IMG/VR virus record: IMGVR_UViG_3300042892_001069
Length of the DNA: 64,000 bases
Strand: one strand, 5' to 3'
Origin: a virus
Lineage: Duplodnaviria > Heunggongvirae > Uroviricota > Caudoviricetes
Shown here: positions 38,606 to 50,700 of the stretch, piece after piece
Layout of the letters: each line of letters opens with the position of its first letter
Position numbering within the stretch: the first letter of the stretch is position 1
Notes under the pieces: generated by a model
Seen by the model: the letters and a program-made list of their open reading frames with translations, nothing else
The model's database searches: none
Told to the model about the DNA's origin: nothing
Program-made: the position numbers and the translations under genes

Positions 38606-41600
38606 TTATCCTAGTAGTAAGAAATCCATTGCTAACGGTAAACCATTAATACCGCCAGTGAAATTCATTGTTGCTGTTACGTTAATCTGTACACCAGTAG
38701 TAGTACTAATACTATTACCGGCAATATAGATAACACCCGCCGTTAGTGTATTTACATTCAATGCGCTTGAACCGCCACCAATTTGGCTACTAATGTATGC
38801 TTTAATAGCTTTTTGTGTGGGTACAATATTATCGCTATTTGCGCTAAAATATTGATCTGTTGAGAAACTAGTAATAGTTGCTCCTGTTCCGCCCAATGCT
38901 ACTGAACCTAATGTTAATGAGTTTAAGCCTGCCAAGTTAAATGCGTCAGCATTAATACTTGCTACACCAGTTGCCTGCTGAACACTAAACAATGTACCAA
39001 CTGTGAAGTTACCGTCCTGATCTGTACTTGTGTAGAATACTCGTCCGCCACCGTTGCCAACTGTTTGTTTTGTAACGTCTGCTGGCTGTGTTGGGATACC
39101 CGGATAATTAGTAGTAGTTGTGCCGCCTGTTCCAATGCTTAAAAAGTCATGCCCTGTTAATCGAACTTGACTGTACTTAATACGCATAGTTGTTAAAGTA
39201 GTATGTGCCGGAGCAGTAACTTGTGTAAATTGTGGACTTATTTGGAATCTTGCGGTGTACGGACTTTGACCGCCACCTGTACCTAAATAATTGTTTACCG
39301 CAACTAACTTATAGAATGTACTATCTCCTGCAAACACCACGTTTGATCCAGGAGTTGGACTAGTTGTTAGTCCTGATACGTTGATATAATATCCAGGTTG
39401 GAACTTATCTGCGTATCCATTACCTTCAACTGTTGCAATTGCAGTTGCGAATTGTAATCCTCTGTTGGTAAATGTTGGATTTGCCAGTGCTCCTACACCA
39501 ATTCGAGTTGACCAAGTAGCTGTGCTAGTTTGATTAGGGTCAGTAATAGTCAATGACGGAATTGTACTATATCCGCTTCCTGGCTCTATTAGTCGAATTT
39601 CACTAATTGAATTTGCTGATACTTTTACTCTTGCTTGTGTTGTACATCCGGCAACAATACTGTTTGCCACAACAGTTGATGTGGTTAGCGCAACCCATAA
39701 AGGTACAGAACTTGGATTACCGAACGCAATAGCTGGCCATGCTGCCGCGGCTCCTGCTAGAGTTCTTGGAGTCCAATTTGCTCCGTCTTCTGATGTTGCG
39801 GCAGCGGTTGTCGACCCGGTTGCGACAGCAAAGAATAATCCTTGTCCGTAACGAACTTTGGTCCATGCTTGACTTACTGGCATTCCGGCACTTGACTGTA
39901 TCCAAGTAAGTCCGTCTTTGCTGTATGCTGTAATTCTGCTTCCAGTAGCAACAGCAACAAACACGCCTTTACCAAAAGTCACACTTGACCAGTTGGCTAT
40001 TGCCGGTAATGCTCGTGATATCCATGACAGTCCGTCCACGCTTGATGCCGCTTGGGTGCCGCCTGACGCAATGGCCACATATGTTCCGGCACCGTAAGCA
40101 ACGCCAGTCCAGTTAACGCTAGCCGGTAACGCACCGGTAGCATTCCAAGTAGTACCGTTTGTCGAGTAAGATGCGCTGGTACTACCAGTTTTTACTGCCA
40201 TAAATACGCCGTTGCCGTAGCATATAGATTGCCAGCCAGCACCTCCACCTAGTGTTCCGCCTGCGGTCCACAAGGCCGTTGGATCGGTAGTATAGTTTGA
40301 GGAAGCGTCAAAATTGCTGACAGTAACCCATCGTCCGTTACCGTATGCTATTGAATTCCACAATGTATTAGAAGTTAACGCACCGCCCGTTGCCCAAGTT
40401 GTCCCATCTGAACTAATTTGAGTAGCTGCACTACCAGCGGCAAGCGCAACAAAGTAACCGCCAGCGCCAACACCAGTATATGTAAAGTTAAGAATTGCGC
40501 CAATTGATATTCCACTAGATGGAGCAGTAGCAACTAATGTTACTGTAATTGTTATATTGTTAGTAGTACTTACACCCCCAACACTTGTTCCTGGAATAGT
40601 AAGTACATCGCCAATTTTATATAGCGTGCCGCCTTGACCAGATATTGCGGTATTAGTAGTTACAACATACGCAGTACCAGTTCTTGCTACTGTAAATGTT
40701 GCTCCGCTACCACTGCCGCCTGTGGCTGTTACACCTGCGTTTGCTACACCGTTATAATTTACTATAGTGTCACCGTATACGCAATCTGACCAGGCACTGC
40801 TTATTGAGGTGCGTGACGTTGCCGAATATGTAGGACTAGTAAATGTTATTCTTGGTTCAATAATATATGAAGATGTTAAATCCAGTGAGCTAACTATTGC
40901 TGTACCAGTAATTATATGATCCCATCCAACAGCATTTAAAATTAATCCGCTACTGCTAGATGATGTTCCCACTGCCACAGCCACTACGCCGCCTGAACTT
41001 GATGCAACACTGAACTGTGTTGAAGTTATAGATGATCCAATTACGTAATAAATTGTACCTAACGCAATTGTAGACATACCAGTTAACAGTGCGCCAGTAA
41101 GTATCACTGGCATGTTAGCATATAAAGATGTCGTGTCAGCAACTGTTAGTAAACTTGATCCTGCGGCAGATATTGATAGTGTTGTAAAACTTTCTTTAGC
41201 TACAATACCTGCTTTAGTACCGTTGTTATAGGTAGTAAAGTAACCAGTTTGTCCAACACCAGAACCACCGGTAACTATAACACGCATACCGATGTATGCG
41301 CCAGTAATACCTGCGTCAGTTGCCGCAATAACAATACTTGTAGCAGTGCCGCCTTGAGCTACGTTAGTTTGAGTTATGTAGTTAGCACCATTAGCTAATA
41401 CTCTAGATTCAAATACTGCATTATCTCTAAATTCATTTGCTACAGTGGTCACTCCGTATCCAGTTCCACTAATACTAAATGTTGCAGAATTATATTCTGT
41501 GCCGGCATTGACAAATTCAATACGATAAATTCGATCAGTACTGTCTGTTAATACTGCACCTATTTCTGCTTGATAATATCGGTTGTTAACTCTTGCTATA

Positions 41601-44600
41601 ATAGGCTCTTCATAAGTGTCAACACCTTCAGCTAATGATCCATAGGTACCGTAAGAGTTATTACCATTGGTTGCTCGCATTTTACCGCCAAGTTCAGCTA
41701 GATAACCAGCATATGAATAGTATGCGAACACGGATACTAACTCAGTTAGTGCTTGCGATCCAGTACACCATACGCCAATTCCATCACTTAGAATGGTAGT
41801 ATAGTCGTTAGCAACAATAGATCTGTTACCAGCACTGTGTAATGCTCCGTCAATTTTCATACCAATACACCCAGTACCAAACATTGTTACGTTTTGAGTG
41901 TACGGGCTTTTTGGACTTATCCATACATTTTTGTCGTTAGGACCGTATCCAGGATCTAACGAACTGTATGCTCCAGCAGTTACTCGGCTAGTTCCGTAGC
42001 TGTTTGCAGCAGTTAGTGTACCAGTTAATCCGCTTAATGTCATGTTTCTTAAGCCTGTTCCATTACGTAACAAGAACATATCTGATAATACTGATCCAGA
42101 TACTGAATGTTTATATATTGTAGCGGCACGTAATGCTTTGTAATTTCCTAAGAGAGCTAAATCGTACACTAGCGCATTAATGTAAGCGGCTGTATTTTTC
42201 TTATATTCTGTAATACTAAAATTATATTTTACGGCAAACGGGTCTGGCGAGGCAGACGCTGTGACTAGCGGAAATACCGTTGCTGATCCCTGAACTGCTG
42301 TTAGTGTAAATGCGTTTGTTGTAGGTGTTGTTAAGATGTAATAAACAGTTCCTGCTACAATATTTCCAAAAGTAGTTCCTGAAAATACTACAGGGTCGCC
42401 TACAACAAAATTATGATTGGTACCGGTGATCGCTCTGTTATTTGTACCGTCAGTACTTACTATAGTGTTGCTGTAAGTATAGTCTACCCACGCAGTAGCT
42501 TCGTTTGATAAAAATGTTGCGTTAGCACGTAATACTTCAGCACCGTTAATTGAAGTTACAACATTGTTATATGATCCAGTTCCTGTAGTTTCAACAACTT
42601 CACCAATGGTGAATGAGGTGTTACCACTATCAGCTGTTAATGTTTTAAGAACAACACTACCGTATGTTTCTGTAATTGTAAACGTTGTTGAATTTGTAAC
42701 TGCTACAATCCAATATTTTCGTCCAGTAGCAAGAGTGCCTACGCCAGCAGTATCAAATGTAATTGGCATTCCAGGCATCATTCCAGCAGTACTAGGAATA
42801 GTAATATTGCCGCCTACAAATGTTTGAGTAGCAATGGATGTAAATGTTGTTGTACCGGCAATTGATAAAATCATATCATCAATTGACACTATTACTTGTT
42901 CAGCAGTGTCGTATGCTGCAATTTTCTTAGCTTTATGAGCTATAAAATTAATTGCGCCACGTTCGGCAGTTGCTTGATTTGCCAGTACATATTGCGCACT
43001 TGTTGTTGCTCTGTAATAAGACATTGCTGCAGTAATTGAATTGAAATTAGTACCAAACATCAAATCATAGCTAAACGCATCAACAATATATCCAGCATCT
43101 CTATAACAAGTGTCACTATTAAAATTTAACGCTTGGTAAAATTTGCGAACCCAACTTACTGCGTCAGATTGAATTTCAGTTTTTGCTAATTGTAGTGCGT
43201 TGTAAGCATTTTGCAAAGGAGTACTAGCCAAGGCAATCGCTGCCGTTGGAAGAATTGTTGCCGGGGCTGTGCCGTTAGTAATCCAATCTATGATAGATTG
43301 AACACGATCTTGAGCAAATGTTGCGGCGCCTGCTGAACCGGCAGTTCCTGTAACTACTTGACTAAGTGCTGAATTTTTAGTCCAGCCTGCGGTATCTTTA
43401 ATAACAATATTATCAATAAAACTTTTCAACCATGTATATGCCGCAATAGTTGCTGTTTTTTCAATTGACGCAATGGTTAATGTAGCATTAGAATAATATG
43501 CACTACCGGCAATTAATGTTTGCGTATTGCCGCCATAAGTCATATCATATTGTAAAGCATCAAGGATGTATCCTACGTCACGTTGGCAGTTTGCTTGGCC
43601 GCCGACGCCTAATGCTACCCATACTGCGTTAAAGTTTGTATTTAAATAACTAGAAACTTCATCTTTAATAAACGCATAGTTTTGTACAATTTGTGCTTTA
43701 CCGTCACCATACCCTGCTAAGAAACTAGTGTTATATCCTGTTGGGTTAGTAAATGTAAATGTTGGAACTGCTGTTAGACCGTTCTGAACAATATCATTCA
43801 TGATTGCAGAGTTGGTCAAGATAGATGCTACTGATGCGCTACTGCCAATACCGCTACTTCCAATACCAGTAGTAATGTCTGTAACAATATCTGACATATA
43901 CGCCAACATACCTAGCTGTGCGGCTTTTTGCGCACCAACTACTAAAGCGGCTTGTGCGGTATAATAACTCATTCCAGCTTTAACTGATCTAAAATTACTA
44001 CCAAACATTAAATCGTATGTTAATGCGTCTACAATATAACCAACATCTCGTGAACATGTTTCTGTGTTAAACACTAGCAACGGATAGTTTGATTGAACCC
44101 ACGCTACGGCACTTGCTTGTATTGAGGCTTTTCTTGCTTGAACATCTGCTGCAGCCATTTGTAAAAGTGTACTCACCCATGTAATGCTTGGTGTAAGTTC
44201 TGCTGGAGGTGTACCAGTGTTAATTGTAGTGTATATATCTTGAATACGTGCTTGAGCAAATGCTGCCGCATTAGCTGATCCCGCAGTACCGCTTACATCC
44301 TGAGTCAGTCCAGTAGTTTTGGTCCAGCCCGCAGTATTACCTGTAGCAATATTATCAATGATATCTTTAATACGTGCCTGAACTGCTAACGCACGAAGCT
44401 TTGAAGCAGGATCACCAACGTATGCTCCAAATGTATAATATGAGCGACCGGCAACTAGAGTTTCTAAGTTTCCACCATATGTTAAATCATAAACTACAGC
44501 ATCAACAATGTAACCAACATCACGTTCACAACTTGTCTGATCTACTCCACCATATGTAAATCCAACAAACGGAGCAATGTTGCCTGCAATCTGTGCGTTA

Positions 44601-47600
44601 ATCCACGCACTAACTTCTGATACTAAAAATGCCTTGTTCGCAACAATCAATCTGCGAGCATTAAAATATCCAGTATCGTAGCTTGTAGGATCAGGTAACG
44701 TGAATGCCGGTACTACTCCTAAACCATTATCAACAATGTCTGATATTGTAATAAGATTTGCTGATACTGATGATGTTGCTGTTGTTCCGGCATAACCTAA
44801 ATACACCTGAGATGCGGTATTACCGCTTGTAGGTGTCACCGCAGTATTAGTTACTAGGTTAGGAACAATTGCCTTTAGTCTGTTTAACACTGATATAGTT
44901 TTTGGCTTATCAGTAACTAATGTCATATCGGCCGTTGCTGGTTGAATTACACTACTACGTAATTCGTCGCCAACAACCGCAGTGTTCTTAGGAACTATAA
45001 TTGGCAATGTTTCTGAATATGTGCCAGTTTTAACTGAAATAGTTGTACCAGGATTTATAACAGCAGGAATTGCTGATGTTGTACCTGAAGCCAAACCTGT
45101 AGTAATAATACTTACTAGATTTGTAGCAGTAGTTGAAGTTCCAATTTCAGCAGGGATAATAGGATCAATAATTTGTTTAGCCTGTGCTGATGCAGATACG
45201 CTATTTAATGTTTGATAGTTGTCTACTGGAGAAGTATTTGTTAAAATATTAACTACTAATTTATTTTTAAGATAATCTAGTGCTCGAATAAATTGTGGAA
45301 TTTCTCCAGGAATATTTCCTGCTGCAAATGTCGCGCCACCTGGAGCAAAATATGCTAGAGCTGCCGTTGTTGTCTGTAAAGTCCCGCTATGGCTAATATC
45401 AAATGCCAACGCATCAACAATAATGCCAGCGTCTCTTTCTGTTGGTACTGTGCTGAATACGTACGATCCAACGTTTGCGCCTGTTTCTACCGATAACGTT
45501 CGTCGGGTGCCGCCAGAAGCATTTGTTATTCCAAATGTTGTTCCGCCGGCAGGAATATCAAATACGTAATATGTTGTTCCCGGAGTAACTCCGCCCACAG
45601 TAGTAGTAAAACTAATTGGCATACCCACTGATAAAACTGACGTTGAAGTTGACGTAGTAAATAACGTTGCGTTTGATGATGTAATTGTTACTCTACTAGT
45701 ATATGTAACATAGTTAGAAAGTTCTTTAACTATAAATTGTTTATTTTTTGTAAGTAGCAGTGCAGCATTAGGATTTAAATATCCTTCTTCAATTTGTCGA
45801 GCTGAAAATCTAACAGTTTTCCAAGGCTTGTCAATAGTTAGGCCTTGCCCTGCGCCCAGTACATCAGTACCGCTAGGTGCTACATATACAATGTTGTTAA
45901 CTACACCAAAATATGACCATTGCGGTGTTGTACCGTTAACACGCAATACTTGTCCGTCAGTCCCAATTGGTAATCTAGTTGGTCCTGCTCCACCCATATA
46001 TAACGTGTCGCCCTGTGTGGTTAGCACAGATGTAATTGCTCCTGCTGATAATAAATTCCAATAGGTGCCAGTTACATCGTTGTCTGGTCTGTTTGGCGTG
46101 CCGCCAGTGTGAGCAAGTATACAAATATAGCTATTAACACCAAATGCTACAGCATCGCCTAGGACATATGACACTCCAGTTTTCCATGATACAGAAGAAC
46201 CTAATGTAGTTGCTGAGTCTACTGCGCCTGCGGTAGCAGTAATTGTTAATATGACATCATTAGCCGGGGAGATTCCGCCTACTTGAGTTCCTAAGATAGT
46301 AACAGTATTTCCGGTAATGTACCCAGATCCTGCAGCATTAACTGTAGCAGTATATCTAGTGTTTACTAACGTAATGTTAAACGATGCTCCGGTACCGCTG
46401 CCAATTAAGTTTGAACCTACTACACCGGCAAATGTTTGGCCAGTGGCCGCCCATTTAACGCCGCTGTTTAATCTAGACCAGTTGGTAAGATCAGGCGGAA
46501 TATTTAATGCGCTTGAAGTATGATCTAATAGGGCAACATATGTGTACCCATTTAATCTTAAAACTTGTCCTACTTTGTAATCTGTAGCAGTTGCCCAGTC
46601 ACCTTGGAAACTGAATCCAGTAGTAAATAGATCCCAATCAGAAAGATTGCTAGTTGGAATTTTATTGGTATGATTTGTTTTAGAAATGTATGCATAGCCA
46701 CCGTATGACACAACGTCACCTGGTTGATACACTTCACTAGCTGACCAGCTGTTTTCGTATTCTAATCCGCCAACAAACAACGACCAATTAGTAGCATCTG
46801 AAAACAGTGCAGCTGATGTATGGTCTAAGGTACAAATCCAAAGATCGGCACCGTACTTGACAACATCATTTACTTTGTAACGTACTGTGCTGCCACTCCA
46901 AGTACCTAAGAATGTAATCCCCTTATGGAAATAATCCCATAATCCTTGATCGTTTTCAAGTCCTAGTGTTGCAGTTGCTGCCGAAGCGTGGCCAGTGTTA
47001 CATACATAAGTTGTTCCGCCGTATAGCACAACGTCATTTCTCTTATAACGATAGCCGGTTGTCCAATTGCCAATCCAGTCAAGGCCTTTGGCGTAAGTAT
47101 CCCACTTGCCTTGATCTGCTTCTAATCCGTCGATGTCAGTTGAAGCTGTAGAGCTTGAAGTGTGACTTGTGTTACATACATAAGAAATACCACCGTATCT
47201 AACTACGTCCCCAATTTTGTAAAATTGACTTGTTGCCCAGTTATCTCTAAAGTTGAAACTACTAGCATATAAATCCCACTTGCTTTGATCTGCTTCAAGG
47301 CCTGCGGTTGTTTCTGGGCTTGTGCCTGAAGATGCTGCCGCATTGCTAGTGTGCGCTGTGTTACATAGATAAATTCTTCCGCCGTATTTTACTAGATCGT
47401 TAACTTTATAGTAAAACCCAGTTGTCCAGTTATCTTTCCATTCAGAACCGTCAGATACTTGATTCCATCTTGTTGGAGCATTATTCAAGTCGGTATAGAA
47501 ATTAGCGTCAGCTGTATGGCCAATCACACATAGATAAGTTTTTCCACCATTTCTAACAATGTCGTCCTTGACATATGTTACAGCCGCTGCCCAGTTGTTC

Positions 47601-47641
47601 TTCCAGATAAAGCGGATTCTACCTAATTTAAATTCAGCCAT
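38606..47641 (-). CDS. Giant tail fibre (3011 aa): Trp-rich repeats, beta-helix, CxRD helical repeats, propeller-like repeats
   Basis: W....Y...D.V.YGG..Y.C...HT repeats (CBM5/12-like); YVAPSGTD, VGDELRS, SPYTQNVT; W..V.YG.G.FVA..S.DG..W repeats. Confidence 0.85.
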   Translation of the reverse strand: MAEFKLGRIRFIWKNNWAAAVTYVKDDIVRNGGKTYLCVIGHTADANFYTDLNNAPTRWNQVSDGSEWKDNWTTGFYYKVNDLVKYGGRIYLCNTAHTSNAAASSGTSPETTAGLEADQSKWDLYASSFNFRDNWATSQFYKIGDVVRYGGISYVCNTSHTSSSTASTDIDGLEADQGKWDTYAKGLDWIGNWTTGYRYKRNDVVLYGGTTYVCNTGHASAATATLGLENDQGLWDYFHKGITFLGTWSGSTVRYKVNDVVKYGADLWICTLDHTSAALFSDATNWSLFVGGLEYENSWSASEVYQPGDVVSYGGYAYISKTNHTNKIPTSNLSDWDLFTTGFSFQGDWATATDYKVGQVLRLNGYTYVALLDHTSSALNIPPDLTNWSRLNSGVKWAATGQTFAGVVGSNLIGSGTGASFNITLVNTRYTATVNAAGSGYITGNTVTILGTQVGGISPANDVILTITATAGAVDSATTLGSSVSWKTGVSYVLGDAVAFGVNSYICILAHTGGTPNRPDNDVTGTYWNLLSAGAITSVLTTQGDTLYMGGAGPTRLPIGTDGQVLRVNGTTPQWSYFGVVNNIVYVAPSGTDVLGAGQGLTIDKPWKTVRFSARQIEEGYLNPNAALLLTKNKQFIVKELSNYVTYTSRVTITSSNATLFTTSTSTSVLSVGMPISFTTTVGGVTPGTTYYVFDIPAGGTTFGITNASGGTRRTLSVETGANVGSYVFSTVPTERDAGIIVDALAFDISHSGTLQTTTAALAYFAPGGATFAAGNIPGEIPQFIRALDYLKNKLVVNILTNTSPVDNYQTLNSVSASAQAKQIIDPIIPAEIGTSTTATNLVSIITTGLASGTTSAIPAVINPGTTISVKTGTYSETLPIIVPKNTAVVGDELRSSVIQPATADMTLVTDKPKTISVLNRLKAIVPNLVTNTAVTPTSGNTASQVYLGYAGTTATSSVSANLITISDIVDNGLGVVPAFTLPDPTSYDTGYFNARRLIVANKAFLVSEVSAWINAQIAGNIAPFVGFTYGGVDQTSCERDVGYIVDAVVYDLTYGGNLETLVAGRSYYTFGAYVGDPASKLRALAVQARIKDIIDNIATGNTAGWTKTTGLTQDVSGTAGSANAAAFAQARIQDIYTTINTGTPPAELTPSITWVSTLLQMAAADVQARKASIQASAVAWVQSNYPLLVFNTETCSRDVGYIVDALTYDLMFGSNFRSVKAGMSYYTAQAALVVGAQKAAQLGMLAYMSDIVTDITTGIGSSGIGSSASVASILTNSAIMNDIVQNGLTAVPTFTFTNPTGYNTSFLAGYGDGKAQIVQNYAFIKDEVSSYLNTNFNAVWVALGVGGQANCQRDVGYILDALQYDMTYGGNTQTLIAGSAYYSNATLTIASIEKTATIAAYTWLKSFIDNIVIKDTAGWTKNSALSQVVTGTAGSAGAATFAQDRVQSIIDWITNGTAPATILPTAAIALASTPLQNAYNALQLAKTEIQSDAVSWVRKFYQALNFNSDTCYRDAGYIVDAFSYDLMFGTNFNSITAAMSYYRATTSAQYVLANQATAERGAINFIAHKAKKIAAYDTAEQVIVSIDDMILSIAGTTTFTSIATQTFVGGNITIPSTAGMMPGMPITFDTAGVGTLATGRKYWIVAVTNSTTFTITETYGSVVLKTLTADSGNTSFTIGEVVETTGTGSYNNVVTSINGAEVLRANATFLSNEATAWVDYTYSNTIVSTDGTNNRAITGTNHNFVVGDPVVFSGTTFGNIVAGTVYYILTTPTTNAFTLTAVQGSATVFPLVTASASPDPFAVKYNFSITEYKKNTAAYINALVYDLALLGNYKALRAATIYKHSVSGSVLSDMFLLRNGTGLRNMTLSGLTGTLTAANSYGTSRVTAGAYSSLDPGYGPNDKNVWISPKSPYTQNVTMFGTGCIGMKIDGALHSAGNRSIVANDYTTILSDGIGVWCTGSQALTELVSVFAYYSYAGYLAELGGKMRATNGNNSYGTYGSLAEGVDTYEEPIIARVNNRYYQAEIGAVLTDSTDRIYRIEFVNAGTEYNSATFSISGTGYGVTTVANEFRDNAVFESRVLANGANYITQTNVAQGGTATSIVIAATDAGITGAYIGMRVIVTGGSGVGQTGYFTTYNNGTKAGIVAKESFTTLSISAAGSSLLTVADTTSLYANMPVILTGALLTGMSTIALGTIYYVIGSSITSTQFSVASSSGGVVAVAVGTSSSSSGLILNAVGWDHIITGTAIVSSLDLTSSYIIEPRITFTSPTYSATSRTSISSAWSDCVYGDTIVNYNGVANAGVTATGGSGSGATFTVARTGTAYVVTTNTAISGQGGTLYKIGDVLTIPGTSVGGVSTTNNITITVTLVATAPSSGISIGAILNFTYTGVGAGGYFVALAAGSAATQISSDGTTWATGGALTSNTLWNSIAYGNGRWVTVSNFDASSNYTTDPTALWTAGGTLGGGAGWQSICYGNGVFMAVKTGSTSASYSTNGTTWNATGALPASVNWTGVAYGAGTYVAIASGGTQAASSVDGLSWISRALPAIANWSSVTFGKGVFVAVATGSRITAYSKDGLTWIQSSAGMPVSQAWTKVRYGQGLFFAVATGSTTAAATSEDGANWTPRTLAGAAAAWPAIAFGNPSSVPLWVALTTSTVVANSIVAGCTTQARVKVSANSISEIRLIEPGSGYSTIPSLTITDPNQTSTATWSTRIGVGALANPTFTNRGLQFATAIATVEGNGYADKFQPGYYINVSGLTTSPTPGSNVVFAGDSTFYKLVAVNNYLGTGGGQSPYTARFQISPQFTQVTAPAHTTLTTMRIKYSQVRLTGHDFLSIGTGGTTTTNYPGIPTQPADVTKQTVGNGGGRVFYTSTDQDGNFTVGTLFSVQQATGVASINADAFNLAGLNSLTLGSVALGGTGATITSFSTDQYFSANSDNIVPTQKAIKAYISSQIGGGSSALNVNTLTAGVIYIAGNSISTTTGVQINVTATMNFTGGINGLPLAMDFLLLG

Positions 47642-47702
47642 TCGATGCTCCGATGTTCATTGTAATGTATTTATTCATTTGTTAATATGTACTTTTGTTA
47701 TG

Positions 47703-50700
47703 TTATTTTTGGTTACCTGACCCAAAACCACTGTGGAAGAACGATTTAGCAACCATTGTTCCATTAATTCCCTTTCTAAGATTCATCGAGTTTCTAACAA
47801 ACAACTGCCCTTGAACTGTAGAATATATTCTGTTTGGTCCGCCTACTCCAAACGTACCCGCCACCACTGCGCCTGCTTGAGCATTGGCGCCGCCACCAGC
47901 AATATTTCTTGACAAATATGACTTAATTGCTTTCTGTGTTGGGACAATAGCATCGCTGTTAGCAGTAAAAAAACTATCTGTACTAAACTGTGTGATTACA
48001 ATAGCGTTAGTTCCGATTGAAAATCCACCAAGTGATAACGTTTGTAATCCAGTTAAACTTAATTGGTCTGCTGAAATTGTAACAATACCCGATGCCTGTT
48101 CAACTTGGAATAAATTTCCAACTTTAAAATTACCGTCTTGGTCTGTTGATGTTTGGAATACTCGACCTCCATTATTTTCAACGATTTGTTGAAACGGTAG
48201 CGCAGTTGTTACGTCCACATTTGGATAATTAGTTATTGTTTGATTACCAGTACCAATTAATAAAAAGTCGTGTCCAGTAATACGACACTGACTATACTTT
48301 TGTCGAATACTAGTTGCTACGCCGTGCGCAGGAGCAACTAGAATTGATAATGGAGGAGCGATTTGAAAGTTTACTGTACCTGCTCCAAGATTATTAATAA
48401 CTACAATACGATACTGTGTTGCATCGCCTGATATAGTTAAGGCTGCGCCAGGTGTAGGTAAACTTGCTAGTCCGCTTATTGTTAAAAATTTTGCTGTTTG
48501 ATATATATCCGCAAATCCTGTTCCGTTAACAACAGTTACAACAGTAGTTGATGTTCGATATCCAGTACCTCTAGAAATAAACGTTGGATTCCCAAGAACT
48601 CCGGCAGCAGTCCTACAAAGAGTTACTACTTGTAACGTGTAATTGGGATCTGTTATAGTAGCGGTTGGTGCTGAAGAGGTCAAGTAACCACTACCAGGTT
48701 CCCATAATTTAATTGAACTTATTTTGCTAGAAGCAACGGTTACTCGTCCAAGAGCACGAGCGCCTGTTTTAATGTATGCTGAAGAAATACTACCAGTGTT
48801 TGCCAATGCTACCCAGCCAGGTGTAACAATCAAGTCTATTGCGGGATTGCCAAAGGTTATTGAAGACCATGCCAACCCGTTTGGCAGACTTCTACTGCGC
48901 CACGAAGCACCGTCTGAGCTTGATGTTGCTGCAGTTGTACCCGAAGCAACCGCAAAAAATAGTCCTTGGCCATAGTGTAGGTCTGTCCACAGTGTTGCTA
49001 CCGGAAGAGTTGATTGAATCCATGTTATGCCATCAAACGAATACGCAGAAATTGCTGATCCCGACGCAATGGCAACAAATCGACCGTTGCCCCATGCTAC
49101 TGAAATCCAGTTTATACTAGCAGGTAACGTTGATTGTGCCCAAGTTCCGCCGCCGTCGGTTGAATACGCAACTACATTATTAGAAGCTCCTGTAATTGCC
49201 ACCCAAGTTCCGATACTGCCATATACTATACTATTCCAGGTTGCAGTAACAGGTAAGGGACTCGGAAGGGTGGCCCAAGTTGCGCCATCAACTGATGTGC
49301 CTGCGCTGTTGGTTGAACCAGGTGCTATTCCTATAAATTTTCCGCCTCCATATGCTATTGCGTTAAACCCAGTTAATGATAAACTAGTTGATGTGTTCCA
49401 CAATATTGCGTCTGTTGTCCAAGCAACAGTGGCCGATGCAGAGTTTACTGCTACAAATACATTATTAACGCCGCCAAATGTTACCGTGGCCCAAGTACCT
49501 GCGGGTAAATTGCCGCCTGCTACCCAGTCGCTACCTGTTAGCGAATACACCGATGTTCCAGTAGTTGAGATTCCAACAAATCGACCGTTACCAAATGCTA
49601 CTGATTTCCAGTTACCTACTGGCATTCCTTTTAATTGCGCTTGAAACGGTGGTTCTTCAAATCTAATACTTGGTTCAATTGAGTATACTGTAGTTGAATC
49701 TATAGGAGTCACTGCGGCTGTGCCTGCTACAATGTTTTCCCAGCCAACAGCATGTACTGCCATAAAACTACCCACCGTTTGAGTAGTAACCGTTGCCGCA
49801 GTACCTCCCGGTACTGTGCTGACCGCAAATCCTATTAACGAATAGTTTGCAGCAATAACGTAATATATTTGCCCTGTTGTTAGGCCGCCTAACATACCAC
49901 CTGCGACTACTGACATAGAGCCAGTGGCATTTGCTAAGGTAAATACGCCACCGCCTGCTGTGGCGCTTATAGCAACCGTTGATCCTATAATATTATTAAT
50001 ATAATATTGAGTTCCACTTACAATGTTTCCAAAAGTTGAACCGCTAAACACAATCAACTCTCCAACATACATGTTCACCGTTGATGTTAATGATACTAAA
50101 TTATTAACTCCAGTTATTGCAACTGGTGCTAATACTGTGCCGACAGTTTGTCCAATACTAAGTCTCCAAACACTACCGGCACTAAATCCTGAAATATTTG
50201 CTTCAATTCTAGTGTTAGCTAAAATAGTAGACCCAGATAACACCATTCCTACCGCGATAGCTCCGCTAGTTACTGAAGTAACATATAACGTAGTTCCTAT
50301 AATATATCCAGCTGATATGTTAACAATAGTTCTTGACGTTAAAAATCCCGTAGTATTCTGTTGATTTGGAACTATTACTACTGCTGTCCCTACTGGAAAT
50401 GATGTTGTGTCTTGTACTGAAATTATGTTATTTGTGGCAGATGTTGCTGATGATGTTAGTGCAGTAGTACCTTCTTTTCCCACTGTGACTATTTTACCAA
50501 CCGCATCGTAATACGCAATATATCCGTATTGGCCAACTCCGGTACCACTAGTAATAATTACTCGCATGCCGTAATAGTTGTCAAAAGTATTTTGATCATT
50601 TGACGCAATTGTAATTGTTTGAAGGTCTCCGGCTTGTGCTTGGTTACCGGAAGTTAGATATCCGCTTCCGCCTGCTGAAAAATCTGATCCTAAAATTCGA

